Positions 43,107-53,134 of a stretch of 64,000 bases of DNA are shown here, one piece after another. The position numbers and the translations under genes were made by a program. Under the pieces are notes generated by a model that had not been told where the DNA came from, searched no databases, and saw only the letters and a program-made list of their open reading frames with translations. The DNA is taken from contig CAVPQB010000004.1 of the NCBI GenBank assembly GCA_963707505.1, positions 1,088,001-1,152,000 of the forward strand, given 5' to 3'. Every line of letters starts with the position of its first letter. Within the stretch, counting starts at the first letter, position 1. Source of the DNA: an uncultured Gemmatimonadales bacterium (lineage in GTDB: Bacteria; Gemmatimonadota; Gemmatimonadetes; Gemmatimonadales; Gemmatimonadaceae).

Positions 43107-44074
43107 CAGCAGCGGCACCGCTCGGGAAGGATTTGTTGGGGCTGGAGCCACTGAGCGGGGAACAGATCAGTCTCATCCTCGATACCGCAGAGCCGTTCAA
43201 GGAAATCAGCGAGCGCGCAATCAAGAAAGTGCCGACGTTGCGCGGCTCGACCGTTGTGAATCTCTTCTTCGAGAACTCTACACGCACGCGTATCTCGTTC
43301 GAGTTCGCCGAGAAGCGGTTGTCGGCCGATACGGTGAACGTTTCGTCCAGCGGGTCGAGCGTCTCGAAAGGCGAGACACTCGTAGACACGGCGCGTAATC
43401 TCGAAGCGATGCGGATCGACATGGTGGTGATCCGGCACGGCTCATCCGGCGCGGCGAAGTTTCTCGCGGGGCGCATCGAGTCCAACGTCATCAACGCCGG
43501 CGACGGTATGCACGAGCATCCGACGCAAGGGCTGCTCGACCTGCTCACGCTTCGCGACCACTTCAAGCATATCGATGGACTCCGCGTCTGCATCTGCGGC
43601 GACGTGCTGCATTCGCGCGTCGCACGCTCCAACATCTGGGGGCTGCGCAAGCTGGGTGCGGAGGTCGCGGTGTGCGGACCGCGCTCGTTGATGCCGAATT
43701 CAATCGATGACATGGGTGTCACAGTTTTCTCGCGCATCGAGGAGGCGATCGAGTGGTCCGACGCTCTCAACATCCTGCGGTTGCAGCTCGAGCGCATGAC
43801 GGCGGGCTACATACCCTCGTTGCGCGAATACAATCGCGTTTTTGGCGTGACGCGTGAGCGACTCGAGCGCGCACCACGCGATGTGCTAATCCTTCATCCG
43901 GGACCGATGAATCGCGGTGTCGAGATCGATTCCGACGTGGCCGATGGGCCGCATAGCGTGATACTTCCGCAGGTGACGAACGGTGTCGCAGTGCGGATGG
44001 CGGTGCTGTATCTGCTGTCGGGCGGTCGGCCAGAGCTGGCAGAGTCCGCCAAGACAGGGAAGGGGGCACCATGA
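43103..44074 (+). CDS. pyrB: Aspartate carbamoyltransferase catalytic subunit
   Basis: [45 protein letters not shown]. Confidence 0.97.
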   Translation: MTAAAPLGKDLLGLEPLSGEQISLILDTAEPFKEISERAIKKVPTLRGSTVVNLFFENSTRTRISFEFAEKRLSADTVNVSSSGSSVSKGETLVDTARNLEAMRIDMVVIRHGSSGAAKFLAGRIESNVINAGDGMHEHPTQGLLDLLTLRDHFKHIDGLRVCICGDVLHSRVARSNIWGLRKLGAEVAVCGPRSLMPNSIDDMGVTVFSRIEEAIEWSDALNILRLQLERMTAGYIPSLREYNRVFGVTRERLERAPRDVLILHPGPMNRGVEIDSDVADGPHSVILPQVTNGVAVRMAVLYLLSGGRPELAESAKTGKGAP

Positions 44075-45358
44075 CGCGCTGCGGTACTTCTCACAGGCGG
44101 ACGCGTTCTGGATCCGTCGCAGCAGATGGACGAGGTCGCTGACGTTCTGCTTACAGATGGCAACGTTGCAGCAATCGGGCGTGACATCGGACGACCCGAC
44201 GACGCGCAAATCGTGGATTGCGCGGGGCTGATCGTGTCGCCGGGATTCATCGACGTGCACTGTCATCTGCGTGAGCCTGGACGCGCTGACGTCGAAACCA
44301 TCGCGAGCGGCGCGCGGGCGGCGGCCGCCGGAGGCTTCACGGCGGTCTGCGCGATGCCAAATACCGATCCTGTCATCGACAATCCGGCGGCGGTCGGCTT
44401 TGTCGTGCGACAGGGACAACGCGCAGGCGCGGCGCGGGTGTATCCGATCGGTGCGATCTCCGTGGGGCAACGTGGCGAGGCCCTCGCCGAGTTCGGTGAG
44501 ATGGTTGATGCTGGTGCAATCGGCGTGAGCGACGATGGCAAACCCGTCGTGTCCGCGCAACTCATGCGCACGGCGCTCGAGTACGCGCGCACGTTCCACA
44601 TTCCGGTGATCGATCACTGTGAGGAACCGACGCTTGCAGCCGGCGGCGCCATGAACGAGGGCATCGTCTCCGCTCGGCTCGGCCTCAAGGGAATTCCGGA
44701 TGAGGCCGAGGAGATCATGGTGATCCGCGACATATTGCTGGCACGCCTCACTCGCGGCCACGTGCATCTTGCGCACATGAGCACCAAGGGATCGGTCGAG
44801 CTGATTCGGTGGGGCAAGGATCGCGGCATCAACGTTACTGCCGAGGTCTGCCCGCACCATCTCTCGCTCACGGAAGAGGCGGTCGAGGGTTACGATACCA
44901 ACGCCAAGATGAATCCGCCGCTCCGTACCGCGGAGGACGTCGAGACGCTCCGCGAAGCGGTGCGTGATGGAACGATCGATCTGGTCGCCACCGATCACGC
45001 CCCGCATCATTATGACGAGAAGGAGCGCGAGTTCCAGAACGCGCCCAATGGGATCGTTGGGTTGGAGACTGCACTTTCCGTCGTGGTCGACAGCCTCGTC
45101 GTGCCCGGCCATATCGACTTCGGAACGCTGGTGGATCGCATGTCCTGCAATCCGGCTCGACTGTTCGGGCTCCCCGGAGGTACTTTAGGAGCTGGGTCGC
45201 CGGCCGACGTCACGGTTTTTGATCCGGCTCGTCGCTGGACGGTTGATCCCGATCTGTTCCTGTCCAAAGGGCGCAACACACCGTATGCTGGTATGACGCT
45301 GACCGGCCGTACGATCTGCACCGTCGTCGCGGGCCAGGTCGTCTACACTCTGAACTAG
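44071..45358 (+). CDS. pyrC: Dihydroorotase (one indel just after the ATG)
   Basis: ATGA overlap with pyr[51 protein letters not shown]. Confidence 0.95.
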
Positions 45359-45372
45359 CAGAGGAAAGGGGA

Positions 45373-46313
45373 ATGACAGCGACCGATACCGAAGCGATGT
45401 CGGCTCTGCACGAGTTGTTGGACGAGCGGCAGCGCTACCAGGGCTGGCTCGCCACACTCGAAGGCCGTCGCAGCTCGACTCCGCCGCACGTGTACGAGCG
45501 CGTGCAGCGCGATTACGCCGGCCGTCTCGATCGCGTCATGCAGACGCTCGCCGAGCGCGCGGGACAGTTGACGGGCACCATCGACGCCATGACGGCGGAT
45601 CTTGCGACGCTCCGCGATCAGGAATCCGATCGCACCGACGAGCGGAACGAGGCAGAGCTGCGCGCGGCTGTTGGCGAGTTTACGCCGGACGAATGGGAGC
45701 AGCGCCGGGCGGACGTCGACCGCGAAATCGAGCGTATCGCCGCTGAGCGAAGGTCGGTTGAAGAGGAGTTGCACGAATTGCAGCGGATAGTCGCGCTGAC
45801 AGCGTCGATCGAGCCGATGGGAGCGGCGTCCGAGGCGGTGGCAGAGCGGCCGCAGGAATCGCAGAGCGGTGGTGAGGCCGCAGGGCGACCCGCGCAGCGT
45901 GACGCGGCTGCGCACACGTCGGCGCAGCGCAGGCGCGGCCATCGATCGATGACTTCGTCGCCGAGTGGCATCCACCGCAAGCACGTCCGCACCTGCAGGG
46001 TAATTCGTCGCGCGAGCAGCACGACAATATCCCCGACACGAAAGGGCTGGAAGATCTTGTTATCCCCGCGGCGCCGATGGGCGGGAATCCGGTTGGTGCA
46101 GCTGGCGCGGATTATGGAATCGCCAACGGTGTGACCGGCGTAGCGGCGGCGGCAGCATCGGTGCCGGCGCAAACGCGCACGCCGCCGCCGGTGCCCGCGC
46201 AATCCGCTGACAGAGATACCGACAAGACTTTGAAGTGCCCCGAATGCGGCGCGATGAACTATGCGACCGAGTGGTACTGCGAGCGCTGCGGCGGAGAGCT
46301 GTCGACGTTTTAG
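45373..46313 (+). CDS. Coiled-coil protein with C-terminal double CXXC zinc ribbon (one indel near 45925)
   Basis: Purine-rich RBS; N-terminal coiled coil; after the shift ...SIDDFVAEW... continues to CPECGAMNYATEWYCERCG. Confidence 0.7.
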
Positions 46314-46340
46314 GGCGTAGCAGGATGCCGGTGCGCGACG

Positions 46341-47123
46341 TTACACGATATGACCGAAGTAGATCTCAGTGTCGTATTGGATCGCGACCGAGCCGCCGTC
46401 CGCGTATTCGTCGAAGATTCTTCGCAGCTCACGCAACATAGGTAGATAGCCTGGATGGCTTGCCGTGGGCGTGTAGGACGAGGATAGCAGTCGGCCACGC
46501 AAGCCTTCGAAGTCGAAGCGCTGCTCGTTATAAAGCTTGCGAAGGTGAAATGCGCTGCCATGCTCTCCATCAAACAGCACGCGCAATCGCGCAACGTCGA
46601 GGTGCTGATGGCGAACCTGACGGTAGTCAGTGCCATACCGCTCGAGCATCGCGTCGTATTCGCGAAGGAAGGGCGTGCTGTCGAGGCGTCGCGCGTTCCA
46701 CAACAGAACCGCCCATCCAGCAGGACGGAGGATGCGAGCGAATTCCGTTCTCGCCAGCTGTGCGTCGAACCAGTGAAATGCCTGGCCGGCGCATACATAA
46801 TCGACTGAAGCGGCGGGAAGCGTCGTGGCTTCGGCACGGGCCGGGACGCTGTGAAAGCGCGGGTACCCGGCGAGTAGTCGCTCCGCGGCGCCCCGCATCT
46901 CGGTGTTTGGCTCGACGCCAAACACGGTGTTGCCATTGCGCAGGAAGAGCTCCGATGAGATGCCCGTGCCCGATCCTACGTCAGCGATTTCCGAGTGTGA
47001 TGTAAGCCCGGTTTCGTGTGCCAGGACGTCGATTACTGCGGTCGGGTAGCCGGGGCGATAACGGACGTAATCGTCCACGCGATCCGAGAAGCGGCGCGTG
47101 GAATCTGGCTGGAAATCGTGCAT
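46341..47123 (-). CDS. Class I SAM-dependent methyltransferase
   Basis: YVRYRPGYP, ADVGSGTGI, GVEPN, GQAFHWFD, LLSSSY. Confidence 0.9.
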   Translation of the reverse strand: MHDFQPDSTRRFSDRVDDYVRYRPGYPTAVIDVLAHETGLTSHSEIADVGSGTGISSELFLRNGNTVFGVEPNTEMRGAAERLLAGYPRFHSVPARAEATTLPAASVDYVCAGQAFHWFDAQLARTEFARILRPAGWAVLLWNARRLDSTPFLREYDAMLERYGTDYRQVRHQHLDVARLRVLFDGEHGSAFHLRKLYNEQRFDFEGLRGRLLSSSYTPTASHPGYLPMLRELRRIFDEYADGGSVAIQYDTEIYFGHIV

Positions 47124-47263
47124 TGCCGGCTCCTGCGGGATGAAAGCGTTCAGCGAACGTGGTTCATCCTACGCCGATCACACGTGAAGGGGTCCGCGCG
47201 GAAATATCGGCGAACAGCGACTCGGATCGCGCCTGGGGGGCCAGGCGCGGATGAATCCGCGCC

Positions 47264-47512
47264 CTACGCGGCTGCTTTCTTCGCGGCCTTGGCCATGCGG
47301 CTCTTGCGGCGCGCGGCGGCGTTCTTGTGGACGAGGCCCTTGCGCGCTGCACGATCGAGCAGCGTAACGGCTTCGGCCATTGCTTCGGATGAAGCGTTTT
47401 CGGCTCTCGCCTTCTTGAGGGCGGTACGGAGCGTCGAGCGCTGCGCGCGGTTACGGACCTGCGCGGCACGGGACTTCCGCATATTCTTCTTCGCGGACGC
47501 GATATTCGGCAT
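47264..47512 (-). CDS. rpsT: 30S ribosomal protein S20
   Basis: MPNIASAKKNMR...LDRAARKGLVHKNAAARRKSR. Confidence 0.97.
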   Translation of the reverse strand: MPNIASAKKNMRKSRAAQVRNRAQRSTLRTALKKARAENASSEAMAEAVTLLDRAARKGLVHKNAAARRKSRMAKAAKKAAA

Positions 47513-47599
47513 GACGGGGCTGGTTAACTCGATGAAGCGAAAGCGTTTCCGATTCGCGACTAGCCTCGTAAATTAGGTCATCCCCATAACCGAGTCAAG

Positions 47600-48283
47600 T
47601 TGGATAGCGTCACTCAGCTTCTACTAATAGGCCCAGTCCTCCTCTTCTCCATGGTCGCCCACGAGTACGCTCACGGGTGGGTAGCCATGAAGAACGGCGA
47701 TCCCACCGCGTACCAGCTCGGCAGGCTCACATGGAACCCGATCAAGCACATCGATCCGTTCATGACGATCCTGCTGCCGGTCTTCCTGGCCATTTCGCAC
47801 GCCCCCATCCTTGGCGGGGCAAAACCGATCCCGGTCAATCCGCGGAATTACCGTAACTTCAAACAGGGCGACATAATGGTGTCGCTGGCAGGGGTCACCA
47901 CAAATGTGATCCTTGCGTTCCTTTTTGCAGCTGTGGTTCCGCTCCTGTACTTCCCGGGGCGGGCCTTTCCGAACGCCGAGAATGCCTTCGCGATCGTGCA
48001 GCGCATGTTCATCTACGGAATCGAGATCAATCTGATTCTTGCTGCATTCAACCTGCTTCCCATCCCGCCACTGGACGGGTCGCACGTCTTCAAATACGTG
48101 CTGCCGCCGGCGTGGGCGCTGTCGTATGAGCGCATCAGCCGCTTCGGTCTGCTCATCATCTATGCGTTGTTGTTTTTGGGCGGACCGCTCCTCACCTGGT
48201 GGCTCTTTCCCGCGGAGGCGATCACGAACTTTCTGATCGGGACCGTGGGCGGGTTCATACTGCCGTGGCAGGGCGTGTTGTGA
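47600..48283 (+). CDS. Site-2 protease (M50) family protein
   Basis: HEYAH, GDPTA..GRLTWNP..HIDP, FNLLPIPPLDGS. Confidence 0.92.
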   Translation: MDSVTQLLLIGPVLLFSMVAHEYAHGWVAMKNGDPTAYQLGRLTWNPIKHIDPFMTILLPVFLAISHAPILGGAKPIPVNPRNYRNFKQGDIMVSLAGVTTNVILAFLFAAVVPLLYFPGRAFPNAENAFAIVQRMFIYGIEINLILAAFNLLPIPPLDGSHVFKYVLPPAWALSYERISRFGLLIIYALLFLGGPLLTWWLFPAEAITNFLIGTVGGFILPWQGVL

Positions 48284-49050
48284 TGACGGCTGTCGATGTG
48301 CGCGACGACGACCATTCGATGGGTCAGCCGGCGGCCGAGGAACAGCACGGCTTCATCGTGGAGCTCCCCGAGTTCTCGGGGCCACTGGATCTGTTGCTGT
48401 CCCTGATCCGCGATGAGCAGGTGGACATTTACGACATTCCGATCGCGCGCATAGCCGAGCAGTTTCTGGCGCGCATTCACGGTATGAGCATCGACGATGC
48501 GGCTGACTACCTCGAGATGGCGGCGCGTCTCCTTCGCATCAAGGCGCAGATGCTGCTGCCGCGCCCCGAAGGTCTGGAAGCGTGGGAAGATCCGCGCGCT
48601 GAGCTGGTGCGGCGCCTTCTCGAATACCAGCAGGTGCGCGAAGTGGTCGACGTGCTCGAGCGGCTTGGCGACGACCGTCGCAACAGGTTCGCTCGCTCCT
48701 ACGTCCAGCCACAGGTCGAACAGATAGATCGTGATGACCGACCGTTCGCCGCCACGCTCGCCGACCTGTTCGCAGCGGTGGATCGCGTGTTGCGTCAGGC
48801 CAAGCGGCCGCTCGTTCACGACGTGATCCCACGCGCACTCGACGTTGATGGCGCGATCAAGTCGATCAGAGCCGTGATGGCGCTCCGCGCCCGCGCGAGG
48901 TGGGGCGACATCGTGTCGCGCGACGCTGAGCCGTGGCAGATACTATCCGTGCTACTCGCGCTGCTGGAACTGGCGAAGAGTGGCGAGCTGCGCATCGTGC
49001 AGCCGAAACCGTTTGCATCGATGGAGTTGAGTGGTGACACCGTTAGCTAG
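48283..49050 (+). CDS. scpA: Segregation and condensation protein A
   Basis: FSGPLDLLLSLI, DIYDIPIA, YLEMAA.LL.IK..LLP, LALLELAK. Confidence 0.93.
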   Translation: MTAVDVRDDDHSMGQPAAEEQHGFIVELPEFSGPLDLLLSLIRDEQVDIYDIPIARIAEQFLARIHGMSIDDAADYLEMAARLLRIKAQMLLPRPEGLEAWEDPRAELVRRLLEYQQVREVVDVLERLGDDRRNRFARSYVQPQVEQIDRDDRPFAATLADLFAAVDRVLRQAKRPLVHDVIPRALDVDGAIKSIRAVMALRARARWGDIVSRDAEPWQILSVLLALLELAKSGELRIVQPKPFASMELSGDTVS

Positions 49051-49579
49051 ACTGCTGGAGGCGGCGCTCTTCGCAAGCGCACGTCCAATACCATCCGATT
49101 CGCTCAACCAGCTCGATCCGGAATCCACGCCTGCCGCTGTCTCCTCAGCGCTGGATGAAATTCGTGAGCGTTACGACAACGAGGGTCACGGTGTCGAGCT
49201 CGTCGCGGTAAGTGACGGCTGGCAGATACTCACGCGTCCGGAATACACGGAGGCAATAGAGCGAGCACAGCTGGCCGCACGTCCTCAACGGCTGTCCGGT
49301 GCAGCGCTGGAGACGCTCGCGATAGTCGCGTATCGTCAGCCGATCGGCCGAATGGAGATCGAAGACATTCGCGGCGTCGGTGCAGGGGCGATTCTCAAGT
49401 CGCTGCAGGAGCGAGGTCTCGTCGATGTCGTGGGCCGCGGCGAGGGGATGGGCCGACCGTTGTTGTATGGCACGACTCCGTTGTTTCTCGAGCACTTCGC
49501 GCTGCGGCATCTGGGCGAGCTTCCTCGCGCCGATGAGTTGACGGTAGCACTCCGTCCCGCTCTTTCTCAGGCGTCCTGA
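49031..49579 (+). CDS. scpB: Segregation and condensation protein B
   Basis: LEAALFAS, LSGAALETLAIVAYRQPI, IRGV, GRPLLYGTT. Confidence 0.95.
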   Translation: MVTPLARLLEAALFASARPIPSDSLNQLDPESTPAAVSSALDEIRERYDNEGHGVELVAVSDGWQILTRPEYTEAIERAQLAARPQRLSGAALETLAIVAYRQPIGRMEIEDIRGVGAGAILKSLQERGLVDVVGRGEGMGRPLLYGTTPLFLEHFALRHLGELPRADELTVALRPALSQAS

Positions 49580-50343
49580 TGGCGGAGGCGATGCGCCTTC
49601 AGCGCGCGCTCGCGCGAGCGGGTATTGCATCACGACGAAAAGCTGAAGAGTTGATCACGGCGGGCCGCGTGACCGTAAACGGGGCCGTCGCGACGCTCGG
49701 TCAGGTTGTTGATCCTGCTGGAGACACGATTCTCGTCGATGGGCGTCGCGTCGGTGCGCCATCGGCAACGGTATGGCTCCTGCTCAACAAGCCTCCCGGA
49801 GTGGTGACGACGGCGAGTGACCCTGCCGGACGGAAAACTGTCTTCGATCTGGTGGATGATCGGCCGGGACTGACGTACGTCGGCCGGTTGGACTATCTGA
49901 CCGAAGGCGCGCTCCTGATGACAACGGATGGCGCGGCCGCTCACGCGCTGACGCATCCTAGCCGCGGAGTGGAACGAACTTACGTGGCAACGGTACGCGG
50001 AGACGCAGTGTCGGCAGCGCGCGAAGCGATGCGTGGCGTGGAGCTTGAAGATGGCGTGGCGTATCCGATCTCGGCTACGGCTCACCCCGTACCGGGCCGG
50101 CGTCACTACGAGTTCGAGATCGTGCTCGCGGAGGGAAAGCATCACGAAGTGCGGCGGCTGTGTGCTGCGCTTGGATTGGAAGTGGAACGACTGGTGCGTA
50201 CGAAGTTTGGACCAGTGCGGCTCGGCGCACTACCAAGCGGCGCGAGCAGGCCGCTGAACAAGCGTGAATCCGATTTAATCAGCTCACTCGTCAAACAGCC
50301 ACCACATGGAAGACACGGCACTCGTCAACGCGGTAATCAGTGA
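49579..50343 (+). CDS. rluB: rRNA pseudouridine synthase (RluB/RsuA family)
   Basis: S4 domain RLQRALARAGIASRR, LNKPPG, VGRLD, THPS, EGKHHEVRR. Confidence 0.85.
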   Translation: MAEAMRLQRALARAGIASRRKAEELITAGRVTVNGAVATLGQVVDPAGDTILVDGRRVGAPSATVWLLLNKPPGVVTTASDPAGRKTVFDLVDDRPGLTYVGRLDYLTEGALLMTTDGAAAHALTHPSRGVERTYVATVRGDAVSAAREAMRGVELEDGVAYPISATAHPVPGRRHYEFEIVLAEGKHHEVRRLCAALGLEVERLVRTKFGPVRLGALPSGASRPLNKRESDLISSLVKQPPHGRHGTRQRGNQ

Positions 50344-51259
50344 AGTAGGGAAGCGTGTTGTAGGGCAGAATTACATGGTCGAGCGGCTACTCGTGGGATT
50401 GCTCACGGGCGGTCACGTGCTTCTCGAGGGTGTGCCCGGTCTGGCGAAGACGCTCACCGTGCGGACGCTCGCGGAGACTATCAGTACTTCGTTTCAGCGA
50501 ATTCAGTTCACACCCGATCTGCTGCCAGCGGACGTCATCGGCACGCAGGTGTACGATCAGTCGACGGGTCGTTTCTCCGTGAAGCAGGGACCGATCTTCG
50601 CGAACATCGTTCTAGCCGACGAAATCAACCGTGCGCCGGCGAAGGTGCAGGCTGCGTTGCTCGAAGCGATGCAGGAGAAGCAGGTGACGATCGGCGGCAC
50701 GACGTATGTGCTGCAGGAGCCGTTTCTCGTGCTCGCCACGCAGAATCCGATCGAGCAGGAAGGGACGTACCCGCTGCCCGAGGCGCAGATCGACCGCTTC
50801 ATGCTCAAGCTGTACGTCGGCTATCCGACGCGCGATGAGGAGAAGGAAGTGCTGCGCCGCATGGCGGGCAAGGACGAGATACCCGTGCGGCACGTCGCGA
50901 CCCCTGAGGCAGTCCTTGCTGCACGCAAGCGGATAGGCGACCTGTATATGGACGACAGGATCGTCGATTATATCGTCGACATCGTGGAAGCGACGCGAAA
51001 TCCGAAGGGCGCGAATCTGCCTGATCTCGCGCCGCTCATCGAGTTCGGCGCAAGCCCGCGCGCCACGCTCGCACTCGCACAGGGTTCGCGCGCAATTGCG
51101 TTCCTGCGTGATCGCGCCTACGTCACGCCGGACGACGTCAAGGCGATCGCACCGGATGTTCTCAGGCACCGCGTTCTCATCACATACGAGGCGGAGGCTG
51201 AGGATGTGACGAGCGACAATGTCGTGTCGCGCATTCTCGATACGATCCCGGCCCCGTAG
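50306..51259 (+). CDS. moxR: MoxR family AAA+ ATPase
   Basis: HVLLEGVPGLAKT, RIQFTPDLLPAD, DEINRAPAKVQ, ATQNPIEQEGTYPLPEAQ.DRF, GASPRA. Confidence 0.95.
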   Translation: MEDTALVNAVISEVGKRVVGQNYMVERLLVGLLTGGHVLLEGVPGLAKTLTVRTLAETISTSFQRIQFTPDLLPADVIGTQVYDQSTGRFSVKQGPIFANIVLADEINRAPAKVQAALLEAMQEKQVTIGGTTYVLQEPFLVLATQNPIEQEGTYPLPEAQIDRFMLKLYVGYPTRDEEKEVLRRMAGKDEIPVRHVATPEAVLAARKRIGDLYMDDRIVDYIVDIVEATRNPKGANLPDLAPLIEFGASPRATLALAQGSRAIAFLRDRAYVTPDDVKAIAPDVLRHRVLITYEAEAEDVTSDNVVSRILDTIPAP

Positions 51260-51263
51260 CAGC

Positions 51264-52211
51264 GTGCTCAACTTCCTGAAGCGTCGCGCAGCGCCGAGGG
51301 AAGCGCCGGCTCCGCCGCCGGTGCGTATCTCGCCAGAGATCCTGAAGCAGGTGAAGCGCGTCGAGCTCAAGACGCGCGGGCTCGTCGACGCACTGTTCTC
51401 GGGTGAGTATCGCTCCGTATTCAAGGGGCAGGGCATGGAGTTCTCGGAAGTGCGCGAATACATACCCGGTGACGAGGTGCGCACCATCGACTGGAACGTC
51501 ACTGCGCGGATGAACCGGCCTTTCGTCAAGCGCTACATCGAGGAGCGCGAGCTGACCGTGGTGTTGGCGCTCGACATCTCCGGATCGGAGAGCTTCGGCA
51601 CGGTATCGCGCTTCAAGAGCGACGTGATGACGGAATTTGCCGCCGTCATAGCGATGGCGGCTGTCCGCAACAACGATCGCGTGGGGCTCATCTTCTTCAC
51701 CGATCGTGTGGAGCACGTCGTCCCACCGCGCAAGGGCAAGCGTCACGTACTGCGAATCGTGCGCGATCTGCTTGCGTTCGTGCCAAAGGGTAAGGCTACC
51801 AATCTCCGTCCTGCGCTGGAGTACATGCAGCGCACCCTGCGCCAGCACACGGTGATCTTTCTGGTCTCCGACTTTCAGGACGAAGGCTACGAGCACGCGC
51901 TCAAGGTGCTGGGCCGTCGGCATGACATCGTCGCTGTCACGCTGAACGACCCTGCCGAGCAGACTCTTCCGAGTGTTGGACTGGCGCGCGTGCGCGATCC
52001 GGAGACCGGTGAATTTCTTGAAGTAGACACCAGCGACCGGCGAGTCCGCGCTGCCTACGCAGAGCACATTGCCGCTGAGCTGGCCGCGCGACGCCGAGTG
52101 TTGCGCCGGTCGGGAGTGGACGAGATCGAGCTAACCACAGACGGATCTGTGATCGAGCCACTGCTCAAATTCTTTCGCACGCGTGAGACGCGAGCGCGCT
52201 CGTATCGATGA
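51264..52211 (+). CDS. DUF58 domain protein
   Basis: FKGQGMEFSEVREY.PGD..R.IDWNVTAR, DISGS, SDF; follows moxR. Confidence 0.9.
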   Translation: MLNFLKRRAAPREAPAPPPVRISPEILKQVKRVELKTRGLVDALFSGEYRSVFKGQGMEFSEVREYIPGDEVRTIDWNVTARMNRPFVKRYIEERELTVVLALDISGSESFGTVSRFKSDVMTEFAAVIAMAAVRNNDRVGLIFFTDRVEHVVPPRKGKRHVLRIVRDLLAFVPKGKATNLRPALEYMQRTLRQHTVIFLVSDFQDEGYEHALKVLGRRHDIVAVTLNDPAEQTLPSVGLARVRDPETGEFLEVDTSDRRVRAAYAEHIAAELAARRRVLRRSGVDEIELTTDGSVIEPLLKFFRTRETRARSYR

Positions 52212-53134
52212 CGATAGTAGCCTTGTTTTTTTGGTTGATCCAGGCGACGACTCCGGCAAGTCAGCTGCAGGTCGGCACTTCGGTGCGGCCTGAAACGACG
52301 ACTGTGGGGCAGCACTTCGTAGCGACGATACGGGTGCGGGTTCCGAACGGCACGCAGGTGGTTTTTCCAACGCGACCGGATAGCGCGGCACACGTGGATT
52401 CGGCCGGCGCGATGACTCGGTCGCAATCGACAGCGGGCGGATTCACGGAATCAACGGTCAACTACGTGCTGGCGGCGTGGGACACGGGTGGGCAGGCGCT
52501 CGGCCTCGACAGCATCGTCGTGATCGGCCCGAGCGGTCAACAACGTACTGCCGCCTTGAAAAACTTCACAGTACGCGTTCGGTCCGTTCTGCCCGCGGAT
52601 ACATCGCTCAGGCAACCAAAGCCTTATCGGCCGGTGGTTGCGATCGAGCCGTTCAACTGGATTCCCTGGGCGTTGGCAGCGGCAGCCGTTGCTCTGCTCG
52701 GCTTTCTGATCTGGTTCTGGCGCCGCTGGCGCCGCCGCGTCGCGCGCGGACTGTTGCCGCTCGAGATCGCGGAGCGCGATTTCGCGCGCATCGATTCGCA
52801 GCGTCTAATCGAGTCTGGCGAGTCGGAGCGGTATGCTGTCGAGATGGTTCACGTGTTGCGGGTGTATCTGGCGGCGACTGTGCCGGCGGCGGCGGAATCG
52901 TCGACGACTCACGAGCTCGCGGATTCACTGCAGCGTTCACCCATCGTACCGACGCAGCGGCTGCTCGACGTCCTCGACGCGACCGATCTCATCAAATTCG
53001 CGCGGGAGCGCTCGACCGCCGAGCGTGCACGAGAGATCGGCGTGGCGGCTCGGAGCATCGTCGCCGATGTGAATACCGCAATCGTGGCAGCCAATGCGGC
53101 AAGCGCCGCGGCCGCAAAGGCGAAGGCAGCGTGA
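52208..53134 (+). CDS. Bat-cluster membrane protein (Ig-like N-terminus, one TM helix)
   Basis: Signal peptide, beta-rich domain, TM followed by WRRWRRR, C-terminal DLIKFA motif; between DUF58 and batA. Confidence 0.7.
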   Translation: MTIVALFFWLIQATTPASQLQVGTSVRPETTTVGQHFVATIRVRVPNGTQVVFPTRPDSAAHVDSAGAMTRSQSTAGGFTESTVNYVLAAWDTGGQALGLDSIVVIGPSGQQRTAALKNFTVRVRSVLPADTSLRQPKPYRPVVAIEPFNWIPWALAAAAVALLGFLIWFWRRWRRRVARGLLPLEIAERDFARIDSQRLIESGESERYAVEMVHVLRVYLAATVPAAAESSTTHELADSLQRSPIVPTQRLLDVLDATDLIKFARERSTAERAREIGVAARSIVADVNTAIVAANAASAAAAKAKAA

